Source: Octopus sinensis
Lineage: Eukaryota
DNA length: 5,140 nucleotides
Assembly: GCF_006345805.1 (NCBI RefSeq)
Contig: NW_021830137.1
Span: forward strand, 1 to 5,140
Direction of reading: 5' to 3'
Numbering within the stretch: the stretch's first letter is position 1; the number at the start of each line of letters is the position of its first letter. Below the pieces are notes generated by a model. The model saw only the letters and a program-made list of their open reading frames with translations. It made no database searches and had not been told where the DNA came from. Positions 1 to 5,140 of this stretch are shown here, in pieces. The position numbers and the translations under genes were made by a program.

Positions 1-62
1 TAGGTTCGAACCCAAGAATTCACGATTCTAAAGCGACCCTTTGCCCATTCAACCATGCAGCA
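1..62 (-). mobile_element. tRNA-derived SINE head (or decayed tRNA), cut by the window edge
   Basis: Minus strand reads TGCTGCA-TGGTTGAATGG (A-box-like, 55-45), then 32 nt, then GGTTCGAACC (B box, 12-3). The spacing is typical of a Pol III type-2 promoter. The stems are too degenerate for a functional tRNA cloverleaf, and the body lies outside the window. Confidence 0.5.
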
Positions 63-73
63 TTCACAAGTGT

Positions 74-115
74 ACACACACACACAGGTAAACACACATG
101 CGCGCGAGCACACAC
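74..115. repeat. short (CA)n/(CG)n compound dinucleotide repeat
   Basis: acacacacacaca...acacacatgcgcgcgagcacacac is seen directly. Confidence 0.7.
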
Positions 116-138
116 CTAAATTCATATAATCACATCAA

Positions 139-539
139 CATACATACATACATACATACATACATACATACATACATACATACACACATACATACATACA
201 TACATTCATACATACATACATACATACACACATACATACATACATACATACATACATACATACATACATACATACACACACACATACATACATACATACA
301 TACATACATACATACATACACATATACATACATACATACATACACACATACATACATACATACACACATACATTCATACATACATACATACATACATACA
401 CACACACATACATACATACATACACACATACATACATACATACATACATACATACATACACACATACATACATACATACATACATACATTCATACATACA
501 CACACACACACACATACATACATACATACATACATATAT

Positions 540-570
<31 letters not shown>

Positions 571-634
571 TACATACATACATACGCACACATACAAACA
601 TACATACACACACATACACACATACATACATACA

Positions 635-664
<30 letters not shown>
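139..664. repeat. (CATA/TACA)n tetranucleotide microsatellite, ~526 bp, with (CA)n interruptions
   Basis: Near-continuous CATA units with interspersed CA runs and CATT variant units at 203, 371 and 487. It is the source of the HTYI/MYVC pseudo-ORFs. Confidence 0.97.
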
Positions 665-665
<1 letters not shown>

Positions 666-739
666 GAACTGCTAAGAAACAATAGATTTTGCCTACTTGT
701 AATAATAGCAGAGGGTGAGTGTGGAAGAGGAAAATGCAA

Positions 740-786
740 GTGCGCGCGCGTGTATGTGCAAGTGTGTGTGTGTGTGTTTGTGTATG
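740..786. repeat. (GC)n/(GT)n compound repeat
   Basis: gtgcgcgcgcgtgtatgtgcaagtgtgtgtgtgtgtgtttgtgtatg. Confidence 0.8.
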
Positions 787-883
787 ACATAAGGGACAAC
801 CGAAACCTTCTCGCGGCCTGGCTCCTTAACACGACATTCGCTACCAATTAGTTTTAATAGCAGCAATTACAAAAACAATACAA

Positions 884-968
884 TGGCGGCGGCGGCGTCG
901 TCGATGGCAACGGTAATGATGGTGATAGTAGTGGTTATGATGATGGTGGTGGTGGTGGTGGCAGTAGT
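884..968. repeat. degenerate trinucleotide low-complexity tract (GGC)n/(GAT)n/(GGT)n
   Basis: tggcggcggcggcgtcgtcg...gatgatggtggtggtggtggtggcagtagt shows 3-nt periodicity throughout. Confidence 0.8.
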
Positions 969-1044
969 GGGAGGGGCGGTGTGTCGTGTCGATAGGGGCC
1001 GAAGTGGGAAAAATTGTCGGAAATTGGCGGTTTGTGCATTGCCG

Positions 1045-1114
1045 TGTTTATTTCCACGAACATTACGTCCTCTTTTACTCCAAGGTCAACTTGCCTTTTG
1101 ACCCCTAAAACGAT
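1045..1114 (+). mobile_element. highly decayed fragment of the same SINE family as 1139-1369
   Basis: 1080-1103 CCAAGGTCAACTT-GCCTTTT-GACC aligns to 1224-1249 CCGAGGTCGACTTTGCCTTTCAGACC (21/26 columns). There is weaker upstream similarity (tatttc...tacgtcct vs tatttc...tacgttct). Boundaries are approximate. Confidence 0.45.
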
Positions 1115-1138
1115 CACCATAGAATCAGACTATTTCAT

Positions 1139-1369
1139 GCGGCGAGCTGGCAGAAGCGTTAGCACGCCGGGCGAAATGCTCAGCAGTATTTCGTCTGTCG
1201 CTACGTTCTGAGTTCAAATTCCGCCGAGGTCGACTTTGCCTTTCAGACCTTTCGGGGTCGATAAATAAAGTACCAGTTACGCACTGGGGTCGATGTAGTT
1301 GACTTAATCCCTTTGTCTGTCTTTGTTTGTCCCCTCTATGTTTAGCCCCTTGTGGGCAATAAAGAAATA
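1139..1369 (+). mobile_element. apparently full-length tRNA-derived SINE (copy A; octopus-type, family name not verified)
   Basis: A-box-like TGGCAGAAGCG (1148-1158) and B box GAGTTCAAATTCC (1210-1222). The core has a duplicated GGGGTCGAT (1254-1262, 1286-1294) and ends in A-rich AATAAAGAAATA. Candidate TSD TATTTCATG (1131-1139) / TATTCCATG (1370-1378). Homologous copies lie at 3528-3715 and 3734-3984. The family is recalled as a very abundant octopus SINE. Confidence 0.9.
1148..1222 (+). promoter_or_regulatory. internal RNA polymerase III type-2 promoter (A box + B box) of SINE copy A
   Basis: TGGCAGAAGCG approximates TRGCNNARYGG, and GAGTTCAAATTCC matches GTTCRANNC; the boxes are 51 nt apart. 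Confidence 0.7.
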
Positions 1370-1397
1370 TATTCCATGTGGTACAAACGATAACACT

Positions 1398-1462
1398 AAC
1401 TAAAATATATTAAAACGGAGCTCCAGCATGACCACTGTGCAATGCGTGAAACTAGTAAAAAC
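1398..1462 (+). mobile_element. decayed 3'-terminal fragment of another SINE/LINE-tail family
   Basis: CGGAGCTCCAGCATGACCACTGTGCAATGCGTGAAACTAGTAAAA resembles a recalled octopus repeat 3' end (GGCGGTGCTCCAGCATGGCCGCAGT...TGACTGAAACAAGTAAAA) and is followed by (TA)n. There is no second copy in the window, so support is from recall only. Confidence 0.4.
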
Positions 1463-1469
1463 TATAGTA

Positions 1470-1476
<7 letters not shown>

Positions 1477-1516
<40 letters not shown>
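1477..1516. repeat. (TA)20 perfect microsatellite, followed by a degenerate TA/TG tract to ~1596
   Basis: Seen directly. Confidence 0.95.
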
Positions 1517-1521
<5 letters not shown>

Positions 1522-1589
1522 GCATATGCAAGTATGTATCTGTATAAATATTTACATATGTATATACGTGTGTCTGCGAGTGCGTGCGT

Positions 1590-1762
1590 GTGTGTGTGGC
1601 TGTGTGGAAAGAAGCTTGCTTCCCAACCACATGGTTCCAAGTTCAGTCCCACTGCATAGCATCTTGGGCAAGTGTCTTCTGCTTTAGCCTCAGGCCGACC
1701 AAAGCCTTTTGAGTGGATTTGGTACACGGAAACTGAAAGAAGCCCGTCACGATATATATATA
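1590..1762 (+). mobile_element. second tRNA-derived SINE family with CORE-like segment (possibly octopus OR-type), ending in (TA)n
   Basis: A box TGGCTGTGTGG (1597-1607) and B-box-like AGTTCAGTCCC (1640-1650). TCTTGGGCAAGTGTCTT (1662-1678) resembles the CORE-SINE motif CCTTGGGCAAGTCACTT. It ends GGAAACTGAAAGAAGCCCGTC plus (TA)n. The 5' end merges into the GT repeat; the family name is from memory. Confidence 0.8.
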
Positions 1763-1965
1763 GTTAATCCAAACATGAAAACACAAAGAGAAAACACAAC
1801 AACGCGAGGACGTGGAACAAGTATAGTATTATTGGACGCTCAGGAAGGAAGGAAAGAAGGAGGATTTAACGTTTCGAGCGGAGCTCTTCGTCAGAAACAT
1901 AGGAAAAGGAAAGATCCAGAGAAGGGAAGACAGAGGGAAAAAAATCGCCAACGGTACACACGCGG
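1763..1965 (-). mobile_element. 203-bp non-autonomous Penelope-like-element (PLE) terminal-repeat-type insertion carrying a hammerhead motif
   Basis: Non-microsatellite block flanked on both sides by TATATA (1757-1762, 1966-1971). It contains CTGACGA-A-GAGC-TCC-GCTC-GAAACGTT on the minus strand, the form of minimal hammerhead found in PLE terminal repeats. No RT or GIY-YIG coding sequence is seen, so the PLE link is inferred. Confidence 0.65.
1864..1898 (-). ncRNA. minimal type I hammerhead ribozyme motif (dimer-dependent type)
   Basis: Minus strand: GUUU (stem I 5', 1898-1895); CUGACGA (1894-1888); extra A; GAGC-UCC-GCUC (stem II); GAAA (1875-1872); C-GUU (putative cleavage after 1868); AAAU (stem I 3', 1867-1864). 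Stem III is only the palindrome AACGUU. Confidence 0.7.
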
Positions 1966-1992
1966 TATATAAATGTACACTCACAAACATAA

Positions 1993-2039
1993 ACACACAT
2001 ACGCGCGCGCGCGCACACACACACACATACACACACACA
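1993..2039. repeat. (CA)n-(CG)6-(CA)n compound repeat
   Basis: acacacatacgcgcgcgcgcgcacacacacacacatacacacacaca, with a pure CG run at 2002-2014. Confidence 0.9.
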
Positions 2040-2117
2040 GAAAGTGATAATGAGAGATTCTATAGTGTCGCTGATTTTCATGTATTGACAATATTGCATA
2101 TATTCAGCTTGAAGTAA

Positions 2118-2204
2118 ATATATATATATATATATATATTATATATGTGTGTTGTATAATATATATATATAATATATATATATCTATATATATATATATA
2201 TATG

Positions 2205-2236
<32 letters not shown>

Positions 2237-2295
2237 TATATCTTATATACATATCTATTATATATATATATATATATATATATGTTGTGTGGTAT

Positions 2296-2335
<40 letters not shown>
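2118..2335. repeat. interrupted (TA)n microsatellite
   Basis: Multiple TA runs with short interruptions; source of the poly-YI pseudo-ORFs. Confidence 0.95.
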
Positions 2336-2338
<3 letters not shown>

Positions 2339-2415
2339 ACACATTAACACGTATTGATGCTTTCTACCTGACGAATAGAGTGCGCGCGTGTGTTCGCGCT
2401 TTCGAAGAGCGAAGG

Positions 2416-2624
2416 TACATATGCGTATGTATGCGAGTGTATTTGCTAGTATCTATGTATGTATGTATGTGTGTATTTATATGTGTATGTGTATGTGTGA
2501 GGGTGTACGTGCTTGTGTGTGTACGTGTGTGTGGGGTGGTATTTATTTATACATGTGTGTGTGTGAGTGTTTGTGTGTCTGCGCGTGTGTGTCAGTGTTT
2601 GTGTGTTTGCGCGTGTGTGCATAC
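2416..2624. repeat. degenerate (TATG)n/(TG)n microsatellite
   Basis: Seen directly. Confidence 0.9.
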
Positions 2625-2693
2625 GTCTATACACAATTTTAAAATCTTTCCACCATATGTCATTCAGGCTTTAACAAATATTAAACACATGAC

Positions 2694-2848
2694 TATATAT
2701 TTTATATATAATTACATACATACATACATACATATATATAATAGATATATATATATTATATATTATATATATATGTATGTATGTAATATATATAATATAT
2801 ATAGTCATATATATATACATATATACATACATATATATATATATATCA

Positions 2849-2891
<43 letters not shown>

Positions 2892-3190
2892 TATACATAC
2901 ATACATACATATATATGTATGCATATGCATATATGTATATATGTATATATATGTGTGTGTGTATGTATGTATTTGTATATATGTGTGTGTGTACATACTA
3001 ATATATATATTACCTGTATGTGTTTGCATATATATATATTACACATACATATACATATACATACATAATACATACATACACACACACTAATATAATGAAT
3101 ATATATATATATATATATGTGTGTGTATGTGTGTGTGTGTGTTTGTATATATATATATATATAATATATATTATATATATATAATATATA
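2694..3190. repeat. compound degenerate (TA)n/(TACA)n/(TG)n microsatellite
   Basis: Seen directly, with alternating orientation of TACA and TATG blocks. Confidence 0.92.
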
Positions 3191-3312
3191 GTCATTTAAA
3201 TTTAATTTGACGTGCATTCTTCACTCCCGCTTAGATTTAACAATGCAGAAAGAATACGAATGAAAGATTAAGAATTTAATGCATATAGAAATATATGCAT
3301 TAGTAATATAGA

Positions 3313-3427
3313 TGTGTGTATGCGTATGTATGCATGTATATGAGTATGTATGTGTGTCTGTGTGTGTGCGTATGAGTATGTATGTGTACGTGTGTGCGTA
3401 TGTGCGTGTGTGCGTGTGTGTGTGTGT
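3313..3427. repeat. degenerate (TATG)n/(TG)n microsatellite
   Basis: Seen directly; contains the 17-mer TATGAGTATGTATGTGT twice (3339-3355, 3371-3387). Confidence 0.9.
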
Positions 3428-3527
3428 AAACTATATTTGTGCTTATACACGTATATCTAAATTGTGTATGGGAGCGTAGTCTAATGACTTTAGGCATATG
3501 TTGTCCGTATAGGAACTTCAAGGGCAA

Positions 3528-3715
3528 GGGTTTTACAAGGCATGTTAGAGGAGCGGGGAAAATACGGCCTTGCGTTATTTCCTCCGGCTCTTAATTTTCC
3601 GAGTTCAAATCCTGCCGAGAGCAACTTTTGCTCTTACCACCACCACCCGGAATCCATAAGGTAAAGTTCTAGTCAAGCAACTGACCAAGTCCTTCCCCTC
3701 AATTCTACAGGCGTA
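3528..3715 (+). mobile_element. decayed SINE copy B (same head as copy A; internally deleted)
   Basis: GTTAGAG..GAAAATAC..TTATTTCC..GAGTTCAAATCCTGCCGAGAGCAACTTTTG aligns to copy A (GTTAGCA..GAAATGC..GTATTTCG..GAGTTCAAATTCCGCCGAGGTCGACTTTG). The B box is intact at 3601-3612. The tail CTTCCCCTCAATTCTACAGGC resembles the tail of copy C. Ends are approximate. Confidence 0.7.
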
Positions 3716-3733
3716 GTAGTGCTTCCATTAAAA

Positions 3734-3984
3734 GGGTAGTGGATTGACAGGGTCGTTAGAGCGTCAGAGAAAATACCTTGTGGTTTTTTGTTTTTTTTTT
3801 GTTTGATGGTTCTTTATTTTCTCATTTCAAATCCTGCTAAAGTCAACTTTGTTCTCCATCCCTCTGGGGTCGATAAAATAAGAACCAGTCGAGTACTGGG
3901 GTCGATGTAATCGTCTAGCCCCATCTCCCAAAAATTTCAGGCCTTCTGCCTATGCTAGAGACAATTATTACTGTCATTGTTATT
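3734..3984 (+). mobile_element. decayed SINE copy C (head and core of copy A, different 3' tail ending in (ATT)n)
   Basis: Core 3866-3916 matches copy A 1254-1304 at 41/51, including both GGGGTCGAT motifs. There is a T-rich expansion at 3783-3804 and a damaged B box (CATTTCAAATCC). The tail is AGCCCCATCTCCCAAAAATTTCAGGCCTTCTGCCTATGCTAGAGACA followed by ATT-phase triplets. Confidence 0.85.
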
Positions 3985-4479
3985 TACTCTTAATCTGCAT
4001 CTGTGTTACAATCACTTGCTGAGACACACCCAGCGTCCTAGGACGAGTGAAGGATAAGAGACGTTACAGTATGACTGAAAGCTTGGAGAGGGGAAGTGGC
4101 AGAGGCAGTAGCGAAATACCTTCGTGTAATACAACAGAGACATTTAAGTGGATAAGGTTTTTCTAAATATGTGGGCAGTACTTGTCAGAACAATCTTTTG
4201 CATTTCTCTGACTCATGGTTCTCCTGGGATATTAACTATATGTTTCTGACATCCCTTTCTTATCATGCCTAGAGCAACTACAATAACAGGAGCAGTTCTC
4301 GCTTTAAGATACCACATCCCTCGTATTTCAATCTCCAGGTCCTTATATTTACTTAATTTGTCAAATTCCTTTACAGATATATTTACTATCAGTGGGTACA
4401 CTTACATCTATTAGTCTACAAGTATTTTCTTCCCAGTCTTTAATGACTATGTCTGGTCGATTAGCCTGGATCGTTTCTG
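3985..4479 (-). mobile_element. 5'-truncated non-LTR retrotransposon, R4/Dong clade (3' end: RLE domain plus ~160-nt 3' UTR)
   Basis: Carries a C-terminal restriction-like endonuclease domain, a native stop at 4146-4144, and 3' UTR to ~3985. It is flanked by exact TTGTTATT direct repeats (3977-3984, 4480-4487). Clade assignment rests on the recognised ANRPDIV...LIDVSVP.D...KEF.KL.KY.DL.IEI..MW...LGM...LT.TAHI.RK.L pattern. Confidence 0.88.
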
Positions 4480-4480
4480 T
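4144..4480 (-). pseudogene. decayed PD-(D/E)xK restriction-like endonuclease C-terminus of an R4/Dong-type ORF
   Basis: Reconstructed: TETIQANRPDIVIKDWEENTCRLIDVSVPTDS/NISVKEFDKLSKYKDLEIEIRGMWYLKARTAPVIVVALGMIRKGCQKHIVNIPGEP*VREMQKIVLTSTAHIFRKTLST*. One 1-nt insertion at ~4382-4385 joins ORFs 4361-4567 and 4213-4401; a premature TGA lies at 4215-4213. Confidence 0.9.
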
Positions 4481-4481
4481 T

Positions 4482-4568
4482 GTTATTATTATTATCATCA
4501 TTATCATCATCATCATCATCATTATCTTCATCATCATCATTATCATCATCATCATCATCATCGTCATT
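4482..4568. repeat. (ATT)n/(ATC)n trinucleotide microsatellite
   Basis: gtt att att att atc atc att atc...gtc att; source of the poly-M, poly-I and poly-S pseudo-ORF starts. Confidence 0.95.
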
Positions 4569-5140
4569 AGTTTTACTGAAAATTGTTGTAAGTAGATGTT
4601 TCTTCGCCACGTTCCGCAAATATTTGATTTTTTACCAAGTACAACTGGAAGACAAAATATTTCTATTGGGATATTTCCAATATGGAACCACCTTGAATGG
4701 TTGGACGTTTACCCCTACCTGGGGAGACATAAGATTTGACATTTTGTTGACAGAAGTATATTTTTCTTCTTCTGTTTACATTTAATTCAAGAAAGCTTCT
4801 CGTCGGAAAAACACCCCCATCGAAAATTGAAAATAATTATAATTACAGGGAACAATGAAAATTTAATAAAATATTTAATTTCATAGAAAGGCCCACTTAT
4901 TATATTTTGAACGCATGACACTTTATCATTTAACAATGTCAGTTTGAGCAATTTTGATGAAATGAACAATACCCAAAGTTTGCTATACGAAGAAAACAAA
5001 ACAATTTTTGTTAGCGAACTTATTGATTTGAGTGACACAAACGACATTTCAGCAATTCCTTTGTTTGTGTTGCTAGCAACAGAGATGCACTAAATGAGTG
5101 ACCTAGCAGAGAAAAGATCTACGTGGTAAACAACTAACCA

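Noticed and set aside
74-786. CA/CG block and GC/GT block flanking the TACA array as possible terminal inverted repeats (MITE)
   Set aside because: Both are low-complexity with poor alignment, have no defined ends and no TSD.
98-847. ORFs of 119-189 aa (HTYI / MYVC repeats)
   Set aside because: These are translations of the (CATA)n microsatellite, which lacks stop codons in several frames; there is no coding signal.
883-1211. ORFs 883-1101, 935-1120 and 1014-1211
   Set aside because: They arise from the trinucleotide low-complexity tract and SINE sequence; they are short and have no recognisable domain.
1254-1294. GGGGTCGAT repeats separated by unique spacers (CRISPR-like appearance; also 3866-3906)
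   Set aside because: Only two 9-bp units per site, internal to a eukaryotic SINE core, and no cas genes.
1709-1972. 87-aa K/R/E-rich ORF on the plus strand
   Set aside because: It runs across the SINE/insertion junction, is antisense to the hammerhead element, and its composition reflects the purine-rich strand.
2368-2413. Second CTGACGA followed by a GCGCG/CGCGC hairpin (possible plus-strand hammerhead)
   Set aside because: It is followed by CGAAG rather than GAAA, with no NUH or stem I. A CTGANGA match is expected a few times by chance in 5 kb across both strands.
3470-3525. GGAGCGTAGTCTAATGA resembling a tRNA/SINE A-box start
   Set aside because: There is no credible B box at the expected distance.
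1400-3527. Numerous 60-236 aa ORFs rich in YI, VC and HT dipeptides
   Set aside because: Nearly all derive from (TA)n/(TG)n/(TACA)n tracts; the rest are short reads through SINE DNA or spacers with no recognisable domain.
4361-4785. Poly-M, poly-I and poly-S ORF N-termini (4361-4567, 4392-4595, 4480-4785)
   Set aside because: These are (ATC/ATT)n artefacts; only the ANRPD...DVSVPTD portion of 4361-4567 is real and belongs to the LINE pseudogene.
4787-5047. 86-aa minus-strand ORF
   Set aside because: No recognisable motif, and its length is within plausible chance range.

Overview
Eukaryotic non-coding, repeat-saturated DNA with no intact protein-coding gene. The SINE families resemble abundant octopus (cephalopod) repeats; this assignment is recalled from memory and not database-verified. 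About a third of the window is microsatellite ((TACA)n, (TA)n, (TG)n, (ATC/ATT)n), which explains most of the listed ORFs (HTYI, MYVC, YI and poly-M/I/S reads). Real content: (1) several tRNA-derived SINE copies of different ages, including one near-intact copy (1139-1369) and two decayed relatives (3528-3984) with a different 3' tail; (2) a second, CORE-like SINE (~1590-1762) whose (TA)n tail is interrupted by a 203-bp minus-strand element carrying a minimal hammerhead-ribozyme motif (1864-1898) of the Penelope-like-element type; (3) a 5'-truncated R4/Dong-clade non-LTR retrotransposon (3985-4479, minus) with a decayed restriction-like endonuclease domain, inserted into the (ATT/ATC)n tail of a SINE with an 8-bp candidate target-site duplication.
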